A stretch of DNA of 64,000 bases, taken from the NCBI GenBank assembly GCA_016202545.1, contig JACQON010000016.1, positions 575 through 64,574 on the forward strand, in the 5' to 3' direction. The translations under genes were made by a program, and so were the position numbers. This stretch comes from Chloroflexota bacterium. Lineage in GTDB: Bacteria; Chloroflexota; Dehalococcoidia; Dehalococcoidales; JACQON01. The stretch's first letter is position 1. The number at the start of each line of letters is the position of its first letter. This document shows positions 27,629-38,090 of this stretch, in pieces. Under the pieces are notes generated by a model. That model saw only the letters and a list, made by a program, of their open reading frames with translations. It did no database searches and was not told the DNA's origin.

Positions 27629-28237
27629 CTAAGCCTTTTTGGGCTGCTTGGTCAGTATCTCGTCAACGATGCCGTACTCCACCGCCTGGTCAGGATTGAG
27701 ATAGAAGTCCCGGTCAGTATCATGGATTATCTTTTCCAGAGGCTGACCGGTGTGATTGGCCAGAATATTGCGGATAATATCCTGTATTCGCATAATCTCG
27801 CGGGCGGCGATTTCAATATCGGCCGCCTGCCCCTGAGCGCCGCCAAAGGCCTGGTGCAGGTGTATAGTCGAATTTGGCAGGGCATAGCGCTTGCCCTTGG
27901 CCCCGGCGCAGAGGAGCACCGTACCCATGCTCGCTGCCAGTCCAACGCAGATAGTGGACACATCGGGCTTTATCAGCTGCATAGTATCATAGATGGCAAG
28001 GCCGGCGGAAATGATGCCGCCAGGGCAATGAATGTAAAGACTTATATCTTTGTCCGGGTCCTCGCGCTCCAGATAAAGAAGCTGGGCGACGATGAGGTTG
28101 GCTACCTGGTCATTGATAGGCATGCCCAGCATGACGATACGCTCTCTCAACAAGAGGGAGTAAATATCAAAAGCCCGCTCTCCCCTGGCCCCGCTTTCGA
28201 TTACCATGGGTATGACGTTCATTGGACTGATACTCAT
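27629..28237 (-). CDS. clpP: ATP-dependent Clp protease proteolytic subunit
   Basis: 202 aa with [22 protein letters not shown] (active Ser) and HQAFGG (His). Confidence 0.95.
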   Translation of the reverse strand: MSISPMNVIPMVIESGARGERAFDIYSLLLRERIVMLGMPINDQVANLIVAQLLYLEREDPDKDISLYIHCPGGIISAGLAIYDTMQLIKPDVSTICVGLAASMGTVLLCAGAKGKRYALPNSTIHLHQAFGGAQGQAADIEIAAREIMRIQDIIRNILANHTGQPLEKIIHDTDRDFYLNPDQAVEYGIVDEILTKQPKKA

Positions 28238-28265
28238 CTCTATCCCTCCTTTTAAGTGTCAATAC

Positions 28266-29546
28266 TCACGCCTGTGTCGCTGAAGCCCTGGCCATCTCCG
28301 CCAGATGCTGCACCGTTTTCCGGGTGACCAGCATCTGCCTGATTGAATCCCGCCTCTGGGGAACGTTAAGAAACTCCTGCAGCTTATCTTTGTTGTCGGT
28401 GATGTCTTTGGTCATCCTTTCAATCTCGGCATCCACCTCGGAATCGCCCACCTCTATCTTCTCCTCCTGAGCAATTCTACCCAGCACCAGCGAGCCGGAA
28501 ACCCTCTTTGTCGCCAGCGGGCGCAACTCCTCACGAAGCTCTGCTTCCGTCTTGCCAACGCTGCGGAGGTAGTCTTCCAGGCCTCCGCGCACCCCCCGCA
28601 CCTGCTCTTTTAGTAGGTGTTCTATCTCATCTTCCACCAGGACCGGCGGGAACTCCAGTTGACTGACGCCGACCACAGCTTCAATCACCTGCTCCTCAAA
28701 CTTCATCCTGGCATTTTCTTCAGCCCGCATTTTTAAATTAGCAGAAACGCGCTCACGAAGCAACTCCAGGGTCTCGATATCGGGGTCGACCTGCCTGGCA
28801 AAATCATCATTCAACTCAGGATGTTTCTCCTGCTTTATTTCCTTGACCTCCACCTTGAATGATGTTTCCTTTCCGGCTGCCGCGCCGTCAGGATAGTCCT
28901 CGGGAAGATGGAGCTTGAATTCCTTGACCTCATCTCTCTTCATTCCCGCCAGTTGCTCGGCGAATCCCGGTATAGGCGAGTCCTGGTGGACATGGAACTG
29001 CACCCCCTCCTGGTCGGCGAACGGTTTACCTTCAACTTCCCCGGTGACATCCAGTACCGCCATATCGCCGAATTCCAGCGGGCGCTCCACCGGCTCCCAG
29101 GTAGCATGCCGGTGGCGCAAAACTTCCAGGGCAGCAGCCACGCTGTCCTCGCTGAACTCCACCGGTGGCGGCGCCACCTGAATATTCCGGTAGTCTCCCA
29201 GCGTCACCAGCGGCGGCAGCGGCACCGTAACCTTGAACACCGCCGGGTCAGTCTGGGTTATCTCGACCTCTGGCTGGGAGAAAGCCTCGATTTCCTGCTC
29301 CTTGATGGCCTTCTCGCAGGCATCAGGAATCAGCGCCCTCAAGGCATCTTCAACCAGCCTCTTCCTCCCTATGTGGCGCTCAAGAATCGCCCGCGGCACC
29401 ATGCCCTTGCGGAAACCGGGGACGTCCGTTTTCTTGACCAGGCGCCGGTAGGACTTCTCCAGCGCTGCCTCCATCTCTGCCGGCTCCATCTCCACGGTCA
29501 GAAACACCTGGCGGTTCTCCGTTTTCTCCCTGGCTACCTTCATCAC
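28266..29546 (-). CDS. tig: Trigger factor
   Basis: 426 aa with an N-terminal ribosome-binding domain containing GFRKG, followed by PPIase-like and C-terminal arm domains. Located upstream of clpP. Confidence 0.9.
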   Translation of the reverse strand: MMKVAREKTENRQVFLTVEMEPAEMEAALEKSYRRLVKKTDVPGFRKGMVPRAILERHIGRKRLVEDALRALIPDACEKAIKEQEIEAFSQPEVEITQTDPAVFKVTVPLPPLVTLGDYRNIQVAPPPVEFSEDSVAAALEVLRHRHATWEPVERPLEFGDMAVLDVTGEVEGKPFADQEGVQFHVHQDSPIPGFAEQLAGMKRDEVKEFKLHLPEDYPDGAAAGKETSFKVEVKEIKQEKHPELNDDFARQVDPDIETLELLRERVSANLKMRAEENARMKFEEQVIEAVVGVSQLEFPPVLVEDEIEHLLKEQVRGVRGGLEDYLRSVGKTEAELREELRPLATKRVSGSLVLGRIAQEEKIEVGDSEVDAEIERMTKDITDNKDKLQEFLNVPQRRDSIRQMLVTRKTVQHLAEMARASATQA

Positions 29547-29561
29547 TACTGCTCCGTTCTT

Positions 29562-30488
29562 TCAAGCATTGTGCCGCTCTCGATAATATTTCATGTGCCC
29601 GGCAGCCGACATAGGTATAGAGGCATCGGCCCAGTAATCGTAGAGAGACGGCATCTCCTCCCTGATTGGCTCCAACTGCCGGCGGGCATGAGCTATTATC
29701 CTCTCCGCAGCCCGGTCAAGAGCGTCTTCGCTTGCCGCCTCGTTCACGATAGCCTCTCTGTCCCGAAGCTCTTTTGCCGCCATCTCCAGCTCTTCCTTGA
29801 CTCTCCGGCTGGTGCCAAAATGGGAGAAATAGATGATGGCGGCATCCAGCTTCATCAGGCGCTGCAGCGTACTCACGTATAGCTCCAGGTCAAAGCTGGA
29901 AGGCGGAGTAATGGGCACCAGAATCCCCCTGCCGGCGACGAAATTGCCGACCGCGTCCCCGACAAACACCCCCCGGTTCCGGCTCTCAAATATACACAGC
30001 TCATGCGAGACATGCCCCGGGGCATCGATGACACTCAAGACCTGCCCGTCGCCGAGCTTGAGGGTATCGCCGTCAAACACGGACTGCACTGTGCTTTCCT
30101 CGATTGCTACCACCGGACCGTTTCTGACCATAGCCTGTTCGCCCTGGGTCTCTATCACACTGCTGATTAGCTTCGACGGGTCAACCAGGTGACGGGCACC
30201 CCGGTGATGGACGACCACCCTGGCACGAGGCATATCCCTGAGCAGGACGCCGGCGCCTCCGGCATGGTCCAGATGGATATGAGTGACGATTATATAGGCG
30301 ATATCTTCAGGCCTGAAGCCTGCCTGTCTTATGCCATCGAGGACAACACTGGCCGATGTTGCCGGGCCAGGGTCAACCAGCGCCTTCCTGTCCTCATCGA
30401 GGAGATACGTCGAGCCGAACTCCGGTATGGAGTATAGACGGTTGTCAATCATGTATATGTTCTCAGCCACTTCGCTTATGTCAACCAT
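29562..30488 (-). CDS. MBL-fold metallo-hydrolase
   Basis: 308 aa with the THIHLDHAGG (HxHxDH) motif. Confidence 0.8.
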   Translation of the reverse strand: MVDISEVAENIYMIDNRLYSIPEFGSTYLLDEDRKALVDPGPATSASVVLDGIRQAGFRPEDIAYIIVTHIHLDHAGGAGVLLRDMPRARVVVHHRGARHLVDPSKLISSVIETQGEQAMVRNGPVVAIEESTVQSVFDGDTLKLGDGQVLSVIDAPGHVSHELCIFESRNRGVFVGDAVGNFVAGRGILVPITPPSSFDLELYVSTLQRLMKLDAAIIYFSHFGTSRRVKEELEMAAKELRDREAIVNEAASEDALDRAAERIIAHARRQLEPIREEMPSLYDYWADASIPMSAAGHMKYYRERHNA

Positions 30489-30491
30489 AGG

Positions 30492-32285
30492 CTACTCTTC
30501 TTCGACACGGAGGTGCAGCTCGGCTAGCTGCTCTCTGGCAACCGGCGAAGGCGCGTTAAACGTCATGTCCACGGCGCTTTGATTCTTGGGAAAGGCGATG
30601 ACCTCCCTTATGGTTTCCTCCCCCGCCAGCAGCATCACCAAACGGTCAATGCCTATCGCTATGCCGCCATGAGGCGGGGCGCCGTACTCGAACGCCTCCA
30701 GCAAATGCCCGAAACGCTCCGCGCTGTCGGCATCGCTATAGCCCAGCAGCCTGAACACCTTCCTCTGAAGCTCAGCGACATGGATTCTCAGGCTGCCGCC
30801 GCCTACTTCATAACCGTTACATACCAGGTCATAGTGCTCACCCCGCACCTTTTCCGGCGCGGTGTCCAGTAGAGGCATATCCTCCGGCCTGGGAGCGGTG
30901 AAGGGGTGATGCTCTGACTGCCACCTCCCCAGCTCCCCATCCCACCTGAGCAGCGGAAAATCGCAGACATAGGCAAAGGCGAGCATATCCGGGTCGGCCA
31001 GCTTAAAGCGGCGTCCTATCTCCCGGCGCAGCTCTCCCAGTGTCGTGCTGGCCACCTCTGGTTTATCGGCGACGATGAGGAGAATGTCTCCCGGCTTCGC
31101 CCCCAGGCGTTCAGCCATACTCCTGACCTGGTCCAGGGACAGGAACTTGGCCGCCACCGACTTAACCATGTCCATGGTCAGGTCAGAGAGGCTGCCGCCG
31201 GTGTCGCCAAGTGATATGGTCAACAGGCCCCTGGCGCCGGCTGTCTGCGCCACCTGCCTCATCTCCTCCAACTGGTGACGGGTAAGGCCGAGCTGACCGG
31301 GAGCACATATGCCCTTTACCTCCCCCCCCTGGGCGATGGCGGAGCGAAAGACGGAGAAATCAGTCTGAACGGCGATATCGGTCAGGTCTGCTATCTCCAG
31401 ACCGAAGCGCAGGTCAGGTTTGTCCGTGCCGTAGCGCTCCATGGCGTCAGCATAGGTAAGGCGGAGGAAGGGCTTTGTCACCCGCTTCCCAATCTTAAGC
31501 GCCTCCACCAGGGAGATAAACAGCTCCTCCATCAGGTTCAGGATGTCCTCCTTCTCAATGAAGCTCATCTCCAGGTCAAGCTGGGTGAACTCAGGCTGAC
31601 GGTCGGCGCGGGTATCTTCATCACGAAAGCACTTGGCTATCTGGAAGTATCTCTCCATGCCGGCCACCATCAATAGCTGCTTGAGCTGCTGAGGAGACTG
31701 GGGCAGCGCATAGAACTTGCCGGGATAAACACGGCTGGGCACCAGGTAATCACGGGCCCCCTCAGGGGTGCTCTTGATAAGAATGGGCGTCTCTATCTCA
31801 ATAAATCCCCTGGCATCCAGGAAATCGCGCATGAACTTCACCGCTCGGTGGCGAAGGAGCAGATTTTGCTTCATCCGCTCCCGGCGCAGGTCAAGATAGC
31901 GGTACTTGAGGCGAAGGCTTTCCTCTACTTCGGCATCCTCATTTATGTAAAAGGGCGGCGTCTTTGACTGGTTAAGTATCTCCACGTCGTCGGCGATGAC
32001 CTCAACCTCGCCGGTAGGCAGCTTGGTATTCTCCGTCCCCGGGGGACGGCGGGCAACCTCACCACTGACCCTGACCACGTATTCACTGCGGACCTGGCTG
32101 GCCACTTCGTGGCACTGTGTGGATAGCTCCGGGTTGAAGACCACCTGGACAACGCCCTCTCTGTCTCTGAGGTCAATGAATATCAGCCCGCCATGGTCAC
32201 GGCGCCGGTCAACCCACCCGGCCAGGGTCACCCTGGAGCCTACGTCTTCGGCGTTCAGTTCTCCACAGCTACGGGTCTTGAGCAC
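30492..32285 (-). CDS. aspS: Aspartate--tRNA ligase
   Basis: 597 aa. Has an OB-fold N-terminus (GWVDRRRDHGGLIFIDLRD), class II motifs (FRDED, GGGSLRIH) and a GAD insertion domain. Confidence 0.95.
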   Translation of the reverse strand: MLKTRSCGELNAEDVGSRVTLAGWVDRRRDHGGLIFIDLRDREGVVQVVFNPELSTQCHEVASQVRSEYVVRVSGEVARRPPGTENTKLPTGEVEVIADDVEILNQSKTPPFYINEDAEVEESLRLKYRYLDLRRERMKQNLLLRHRAVKFMRDFLDARGFIEIETPILIKSTPEGARDYLVPSRVYPGKFYALPQSPQQLKQLLMVAGMERYFQIAKCFRDEDTRADRQPEFTQLDLEMSFIEKEDILNLMEELFISLVEALKIGKRVTKPFLRLTYADAMERYGTDKPDLRFGLEIADLTDIAVQTDFSVFRSAIAQGGEVKGICAPGQLGLTRHQLEEMRQVAQTAGARGLLTISLGDTGGSLSDLTMDMVKSVAAKFLSLDQVRSMAERLGAKPGDILLIVADKPEVASTTLGELRREIGRRFKLADPDMLAFAYVCDFPLLRWDGELGRWQSEHHPFTAPRPEDMPLLDTAPEKVRGEHYDLVCNGYEVGGGSLRIHVAELQRKVFRLLGYSDADSAERFGHLLEAFEYGAPPHGGIAIGIDRLVMLLAGEETIREVIAFPKNQSAVDMTFNAPSPVAREQLAELHLRVEEE

Positions 32286-32368
32286 TATTATCCCCCTTAA
32301 GCAAAGGCAGTGGTCTATGGCTGATTATAGCTTATAGCCACATGCCCTTCAACTTCGGTGTTTACGGA

Positions 32369-32397
32369 TTGACAACGGTCAGCACAGGTATTAACAT
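32369..32397 (+). promoter_or_regulatory. Candidate sigma70-type promoter
   Basis: TTGACA (32369..32374), a 17-nt spacer, then TAACAT (32392..32397). It lies upstream of the small ORF starting at 32468. Confidence 0.3.
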
Positions 32398-32467
32398 CAT
32401 GGTTGAAGGCAGCAAAGGTGCCGGTGTAGAAACCGGCCCAAGTGCTCCACGGCAGGGGGTGACTGAG

Positions 32468-32698
32468 ATGCAAAAAGAATGCTTTACCTGCCACTCATGT
32501 GACAAGAGAGTGGAATTCACTCCGGAAGAGCCCCCCTGCATGGCACTCAGCGGGTGGCTCATGCTGTCCCACTGGCAGGGGCTTGAATCCGTTGACCACT
32601 ATACCTTCTGCTCTCTCACCTGTCTTCGAAGGTGGCTAAACGCCCAGGTGCCCCAAATTCCCGAAGCGTTCCTGAAGTCTTTCGGAGAGAAAGAGTAG
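32468..32698 (+). CDS. Hypothetical small Cys-rich protein
   Basis: Start at ATG 32468 is preferred over the listed 32342 because the promoter-like element lies inside the longer ORF and a G-rich SD precedes 32468. Contains CFTCHSC ... C ... CSLTC. Confidence 0.3.
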   Translation: MQKECFTCHSCDKRVEFTPEEPPCMALSGWLMLSHWQGLESVDHYTFCSLTCLRRWLNAQVPQIPEAFLKSFGEKE

Positions 32699-32852
32699 CA
32701 CCGAGCGCTGGCGGGAAACAGGCGCAGCCATTTAAGTCAGGCCGGAATCCCAAGCCCGGACTATCAATTATCCCCAAAACGCAGCACTTGAGTTTTACAG
32801 GGCTATATGGGCATGGTAATATATAACCGTAGATGCGCATATAAGGAAATAC

Positions 32853-33197
32853 ATGAGAGACACAGTCAAGGCTTTCAAAGCCCTGTCCGACGGGACCCGG
32901 CTCAGGATATTGAATGTCTTACTGCAGCATGAGTGTTGTGTCTGCGAGATAATGCAGGCGCTGGATATATCCCAGACGAGGGCATCCCGTAACTTGAACG
33001 CACTATATGACGCCGGCTTTCTCAAACTCAGGAAAGACGGCTTGTGGTCTTTCTATTCGATAGATAAGGAGGGAATGAAAGACTACCTATCCGATATGGT
33101 GGAAGCCGTCACCAAGGCGCTCCAGGATACCGATGCGACCAGGCTCGACCGGGAGCGTCTGAAAAAGGCGAAACGGGTAGGCCCCGGTTGCACCTAA
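32853..33197 (+). CDS. arsR: ArsR/SmtB-family metalloregulator
   Basis: 114 aa with a winged HTH carrying the ECCVCEIM metal-binding motif. Directly upstream of an ACR3 gene. Confidence 0.8.
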   Translation: MRDTVKAFKALSDGTRLRILNVLLQHECCVCEIMQALDISQTRASRNLNALYDAGFLKLRKDGLWSFYSIDKEGMKDYLSDMVEAVTKALQDTDATRLDRERLKKAKRVGPGCT

Positions 33198-34300
33198 AGG
33201 ATACCGGCAGGTCGCCGAAAAGCTGGAGAGAACATCCGTTGGTCATCCGCCGCCTTGCGGTGCTGGACCGCTTTTTGACACTGTGGATATTCCTGGCTAT
33301 GGGCTTTGGAGTAGGGCTGGGCTACCTTGTGCCTCAGGTTGCTGATTTTATTGGCTTCTTCCAGATAGACACTACCTCCATTCCCATCGCCATCGGGCTA
33401 ATCCTGATGATGTACCCGCCGCTGGCCAAGGTAAGGTATGAAGAGCTAAGCCACGTATTCCGCAACTACGGGGTGCTGGGGCTCTCCCTGGTCCAGAACT
33501 GGCTCGTCGGCCCGGTGCTCATGTTCCTCCTGGCCATCGTCTTCCTGCGTGCCTACCCCGATTATATGGTCGGGCTGATACTGATAGGACTGGCCCGCTG
33601 CATCGCCATGGTCATCGTCTGGAATGAGCTGGCCCGGGGCGACCAGGAATACGCCGCCGGCCTGGTGGCCCTCAACTCCATATTTCAGATTTTGCTCTTC
33701 TCGGTATATGCCTATGTCTTCATCACCGTGCTGCCCGGCTTTTTCGGGCTGCAAGGCCAGGTAGTCGAGGTCACCATCGGCCAAATTGCGCAGAGCGTCT
33801 TTATATATCTCGGCATCCCCTTCTTCGGCGGCATGCTCACCCGCTTTGCCCTGATAAAGGCGAAGGGCCGGGAGTGGTATGACGATAAATTCATCCCCAG
33901 GATAAGCCCCATCACCCTGGGCGCGCTCCTGTTCACCATTGTAGTGATGTTCTCCCTCAAGGGCGAGATAATCGTCCAGCTGCCGCTCCATGTCATCCGC
34001 ATCGCCATCCCGCTGCTCATCTACTTCGTGGTCATGTTCCTGGTCTCGTTTTACATGGGCAAGAAAATAGGCGCCGACTACCCCAGGACCACCAGCATCG
34101 CTTTCACCGCTGCCAGCAACAACTTTGAGTTGGCCATCGCGGTGGCAGTGGCAGTATTCGGCATTGGCTCCGGGCAGGCCTTCGCCGCCGTTGTCGGCCC
34201 TCTGATTGAAGTGCCGGTGCTCATCAACCTTACCAACCTGGCGCTGTACTTCAAAAGAAAGTTCTTCGCTGAAGAAGCAAAGCCTTTGCTAAGCGGATAA
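33188..34300 (+). CDS. acr3: ACR3-family arsenite efflux permease
   Basis: 370 aa with about 10 TM segments and an ACR3-like N-terminus ([21 protein letters not shown]). The start codon is uncertain; TTG 33188 overlaps arsR. Confidence 0.8.
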   Translation: MHLKDTGRSPKSWREHPLVIRRLAVLDRFLTLWIFLAMGFGVGLGYLVPQVADFIGFFQIDTTSIPIAIGLILMMYPPLAKVRYEELSHVFRNYGVLGLSLVQNWLVGPVLMFLLAIVFLRAYPDYMVGLILIGLARCIAMVIVWNELARGDQEYAAGLVALNSIFQILLFSVYAYVFITVLPGFFGLQGQVVEVTIGQIAQSVFIYLGIPFFGGMLTRFALIKAKGREWYDDKFIPRISPITLGALLFTIVVMFSLKGEIIVQLPLHVIRIAIPLLIYFVVMFLVSFYMGKKIGADYPRTTSIAFTAASNNFELAIAVAVAVFGIGSGQAFAAVVGPLIEVPVLINLTNLALYFKRKFFAEEAKPLLSG

Positions 34301-34408
34301 CCAGAGGGCAAGCCATCCCCACCAGAAAAAGGTAGAGGATAAGAAGACAGTCGGCTATAATGGAAACGACTCCACGCTGGAGAGAAACAAGGGAAACGGA
34401 GAGGCAGG

Positions 34409-34735
34409 ATGAAGCAGGACGAGAAATTCGCAGTCTTGTTTATTACCACCGCCGGCGAAGAGGAAGCGCAGCGCATATCCACGATATTGCTGGAGCGCAG
34501 AAAGGCAGCCTGCGTAAACATCATGCCCGCGGTCGGCTCTCATTTCTGGTGGCAGGGTGCATTGGAATCAGCCCGGGAGAGCCTGCTCATCGTGAAGACA
34601 AAGGCCTCCCTGCTGGACGAAGTGACCAGGCTGGTCAAGGAAACCCACAGCTACGACGTCCCGGAGATAATCGCCCTGCCCATCATCGGCGGCAACTCCG
34701 ATTATCTGGAGTGGATAGATAAAGAGGTGGGATAA
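34409..34735 (+). CDS. cutA: Divalent-cation tolerance protein CutA
   Basis: 108 aa. The ...AACVNI.P.V.S.FWW.G......E..LI.KT... pattern is typical of CutA1. Confidence 0.8.
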   Translation: MKQDEKFAVLFITTAGEEEAQRISTILLERRKAACVNIMPAVGSHFWWQGALESARESLLIVKTKASLLDEVTRLVKETHSYDVPEIIALPIIGGNSDYLEWIDKEVG

Positions 34736-34784
34736 AGCACCACCGACTTTATCAACCACCGTCTTTTCGCGAGGAGGCCGTTTC

Positions 34785-35759
34785 ATGTTCAAGACCAGGG
34801 TAACCGAGATGTTCGGCATAGAGTACCCCATACTCCAGGGGCCGATACAGTGGAAGGCAAGGGCAGAGCTGGCATCGGCGGTGTCCAACGCCGGGGGACT
34901 GGGCATCCTCTCCGCGCTCACCTTCCCCACGCCGGATGAGCTCCAGCAGGAGGTCAGGAAGACCAGGGCCATGACCGATAAACCCTTCGCCGTGAACGTC
35001 ACCCTGCTGCCGACAGCGCGGCCGGTGAGGTACGAAGACTACTTCAGCGCCGCCATTGAAGAAGGGGTAGGCATCATTGAGACCTCTGGGCGAAGCCCGG
35101 AGCCGTATATGAAGCTGCTCAAGGACGCCGGGGTGAAGGTAATCCACCGGGCCACCAGGATAAGGGACATCAGTACCGGGGAGCGGGTGGGGGCGGATGC
35201 GGTAACCATCCAGAGCTTCGAGGCCGGCGGTCACCCGGGCATGGAAGACGTGGCCTCGCTGGTCCGCATCCCCCTAGCCGCTGAGACCATCAAGGTCCCG
35301 GTCATCGCCGCCGGGGGAATCGCCGATGCCAGGGGTTTCATCGCCGCACTGGCACTGGGTGCCGAGGGCGTGCTCATGGGCACCCGCTTCCTGGCCAGCC
35401 AGGAGTGCCACCTTCACCCCAAAATCAAGGAATGGATACTCTCGGCCGTGGAAACGGACACCCTCATAATCGAGCGCTCGATAAAGAATGCCGCCAGGGT
35501 GATGAAGACCGGCTTCTCGCTAAAAATACTGGAAATGGAAGAAAAAGGTGCCACGCTAGAAGAGCTGCTGCCCCTGATAAGCGGCCAGAGGAGCCGGCAG
35601 AGCTACACCAGCGGAGACGTCAACGACGCAGTCATAAGCATCGGCCAGGCCGTCGGGCTGATTCATGACATACCCAGCGTGAAGGAAATCATCGACGGCA
35701 TAGTCAGCGACGCCAGGCTTATCGCCGGGCGCCTCCGCAACATGGGGATTCATCCATAG
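34785..35759 (+). CDS. Nitronate monooxygenase / FabK-like FMN oxidoreductase
   Basis: 324-aa TIM-barrel protein. N-terminal FGIEYPILQGPI and AAGGIADARG motifs are characteristic of the NMO/FabK family. Confidence 0.8.
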   Translation: MFKTRVTEMFGIEYPILQGPIQWKARAELASAVSNAGGLGILSALTFPTPDELQQEVRKTRAMTDKPFAVNVTLLPTARPVRYEDYFSAAIEEGVGIIETSGRSPEPYMKLLKDAGVKVIHRATRIRDISTGERVGADAVTIQSFEAGGHPGMEDVASLVRIPLAAETIKVPVIAAGGIADARGFIAALALGAEGVLMGTRFLASQECHLHPKIKEWILSAVETDTLIIERSIKNAARVMKTGFSLKILEMEEKGATLEELLPLISGQRSRQSYTSGDVNDAVISIGQAVGLIHDIPSVKEIIDGIVSDARLIAGRLRNMGIHP

Positions 35760-35764
35760 TCCCC

Positions 35765-36940
35765 TTATTGAACAATGCCGCCCCGTGACCTCAGCCACTT
35801 CTGCTTCTGGCTGAGCCGCACCTGCTCATCAGTGGGCCGGTAGGCGGCCATGAAATCCTCTCTGAAAGACTTAAAGGCGCCATCGAGGATGACGCTTCTT
35901 ATCTTGCGCATCAGTCCGCTTATGAAGCTCAGGTTATGGATTGTGGCCAGCCTGTAGGCAAGAAGCTCCTGGCAGTTGAACAGGTGGTTCACATAGGCTG
36001 CCGAAAAGGTGCGGCAGGTATAGCAGTCACAGCCCGGCACTGCCGGTCCGTCCACCTGGCTATAAGCGGCATTTCTGATGTTGACCCTGCCCTGCCAGGT
36101 GAACAGGGCGCCGTTTCGGGCCACGCGGGTAGGCAGGGCACAGTCGAATATATCAATGCCCCTGGCCACCCCCTCCACCAGGTCCTCCGGCGAGCCCACT
36201 CCCATAAGATACCGCGGCTTGTCTTCCGGCAGCAGGGCTACCGTCTCCTCTACCATAGCCAGGGTCACCTGCTTCGGCTCACCCAGGCTCAGTCCGCCGA
36301 CGGCATAGCCAGAGAACCCCAGCGAGGCGAGGTATCTAGCCGACTCCTGCCTGAGCCGGGGGAACATGCCACCCTGCACAATGGCGTACAGTGCCTGGTC
36401 AGGCCGCCGGTGGGCTTGCTTACATCTCTCCGCCCACCGATGCGTCCGGCGCGTGGCTTCCTGCACCCGGTCAAAGCTGTCATCATGGGCCGGGCACTCG
36501 TCAAGTACCATGATGACGTCGGCGCCGAGGGCCTCCTGAAACTGGACGGCCAGCTCAGGAGTGATAAAGTGCTGGCTCCCATCAATATGGGAGCGGAACA
36601 CCACCCCCTCATCGGTGACCTGGCGCAACGGGGCCAGGCTGAACACCTGGTAGCCGCCGCTATCGGTAAGGATGGCCCCGTCCCAGCCCATGAACCTGTG
36701 CAGGCCGCCCATCCTTTCAATCACTTGAACACCCGGCCTGAGGTAAAGGTGGTAAGTATTGGCCAGCACCATAGTGACGCCGATACCTTTAAGCTCATCG
36801 GGAGTCAGCGTCTTGACCGTAGCCTGGCTGCCCACAGGCAGGAATACCGGCGTGGGCACCATACCATGCGGCGTGTGCAGCTCCCCGGCCCGGGCTTTGC
36901 TTCCCCGACAAGTATGGACTACCTGAAAATCGGCGCTCAT
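35765..36940 (-). CDS. tgt: Queuine tRNA-ribosyltransferase
   Basis: 391 aa with TPHGMVPTPVFLPVG, TDSGGYQVFSL, YAVGGLSLGEP and the CDCYTC zinc site. Confidence 0.9.
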   Translation of the reverse strand: MSADFQVVHTCRGSKARAGELHTPHGMVPTPVFLPVGSQATVKTLTPDELKGIGVTMVLANTYHLYLRPGVQVIERMGGLHRFMGWDGAILTDSGGYQVFSLAPLRQVTDEGVVFRSHIDGSQHFITPELAVQFQEALGADVIMVLDECPAHDDSFDRVQEATRRTHRWAERCKQAHRRPDQALYAIVQGGMFPRLRQESARYLASLGFSGYAVGGLSLGEPKQVTLAMVEETVALLPEDKPRYLMGVGSPEDLVEGVARGIDIFDCALPTRVARNGALFTWQGRVNIRNAAYSQVDGPAVPGCDCYTCRTFSAAYVNHLFNCQELLAYRLATIHNLSFISGLMRKIRSVILDGAFKSFREDFMAAYRPTDEQVRLSQKQKWLRSRGGIVQ

Positions 36941-38076
36941 TTACTCCGCCGCTTCCCCAGCAGATGGCCGGCGATGATGCTCCGCTGTATTTCAGAGACG
37001 CCCACATATATCTCGGTCATCTTGGCATCCCGGTACAGCCGCTCCACAGGCATAGCCCTGGTCGTGCCGTAGGAGCCATGGACCTGCATCGCCATCCGGG
37101 TCACCTCAACCGCCGTCTGGGAGGCAAACAGCTTGGCCACCGAGGATTCATAGCCGATGTCCTGGCCCTGGTCGCGCAAGAAAGCCGTCCGGTACGCCAG
37201 CCACCTGCCGGCTTCTATCCTGGCCGCCATCTCAGCCAGGTGCCACTGAATGGAGGGCATCTCGGCAATAGGCTTGCCCAGCGCCTTTCTCTGCCTGGCA
37301 TACTCAAGCGACAGCTCCAGCGCCGACTGGGCCACGGCGATTCCCTCGACGGCAACGCTCATCCTGGCCAGGTTCATCACCCGGAGCAAGATGTCAAAGC
37401 CCTGTCCCCCTTTCCCCAGCAGGTTCTCCTGCGGCACATAGACCCCGTCAAGCTCAACCACCGAGGTGCCCAGTCCCCTCAAACCCATGGTGTCATATGG
37501 CGCGCGGACGATAAAGCCCGGCGAGGAGGTGTCCACGATAAAGGCATTCAGGCCGGCACCTTCACGCCTGGCGAACAGCAGCACCAGGTTGAGCGCTGGC
37601 GCCATGGCAACGAAGTGCTTCTCCCCGGTGATAACATAGCCGCTGCCGCTTTTCCTGGCCAGGGTGGTGATGGCTTTGGGGTCGGAGCCGGTCTCAGCCT
37701 CGGTAAAGGCGATGCCGCCCAGCAGCCTGCCCTGAGCCAGGGGCACCAGGAAAGCCTCCTTTTGCTCCTCATTGCCAAAAATAAAGACCGCCTCTTCGGG
37801 GACGGTGTTTATGGCCATGATGGCGCCCGCCGTCATTGACGCCTGGCACACCTGCTCCAGCACCAGGACATGACCCAGGTAGGCGGCCCCGCTGCCACCA
37901 TACCTGGACGGATAGGGCAGCCCATAGTATCCCCGCCTGCCCATCTCCCTAGCCAGGTCGACGGGAAACTCCCCGCTGCGGTCAACCTCCGCCGCCCGTG
38001 GCTGCACCGATTTCACGGCAAACTCCTTTGCCACCGCCTGCAGCATCTTCTCCTGGTCGCTGAGTGCAAAGTCCAT
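36937..38076 (-). CDS. Acyl-CoA dehydrogenase
   Basis: Start trimmed to ATG 38076 (MDFALSDQEKML...) with GGAGA 5 nt upstream, which removes the overlap with the upstream gene. ACAD motifs and a C-terminal catalytic-Glu region (YEGVSEIQR-like: YVGVSEIQRSII) are present. Confidence 0.85.
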   Translation of the reverse strand: MDFALSDQEKMLQAVAKEFAVKSVQPRAAEVDRSGEFPVDLAREMGRRGYYGLPYPSRYGGSGAAYLGHVLVLEQVCQASMTAGAIMAINTVPEEAVFIFGNEEQKEAFLVPLAQGRLLGGIAFTEAETGSDPKAITTLARKSGSGYVITGEKHFVAMAPALNLVLLFARREGAGLNAFIVDTSSPGFIVRAPYDTMGLRGLGTSVVELDGVYVPQENLLGKGGQGFDILLRVMNLARMSVAVEGIAVAQSALELSLEYARQRKALGKPIAEMPSIQWHLAEMAARIEAGRWLAYRTAFLRDQGQDIGYESSVAKLFASQTAVEVTRMAMQVHGSYGTTRAMPVERLYRDAKMTEIYVGVSEIQRSIIAGHLLGKRRSK

Positions 38077-38090
38077 TCTATCTCCGCGCC

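Noticed and set aside
35936-37839. Long plus-strand ORFs (378 aa and 291 aa) opposite tgt and the acyl-CoA dehydrogenase. Similar cases are 28908..29882 opposite tig, 40013..40918 opposite alaS, 19147..19890 opposite topA and 22411..23049 opposite the PHP gene.
   Set aside because: These are typical stop-poor antisense frames in high-GC coding DNA. The opposite strands encode unmistakable conserved proteins, and the shadow products are Arg/Pro/Gly/His-rich with no family motifs.
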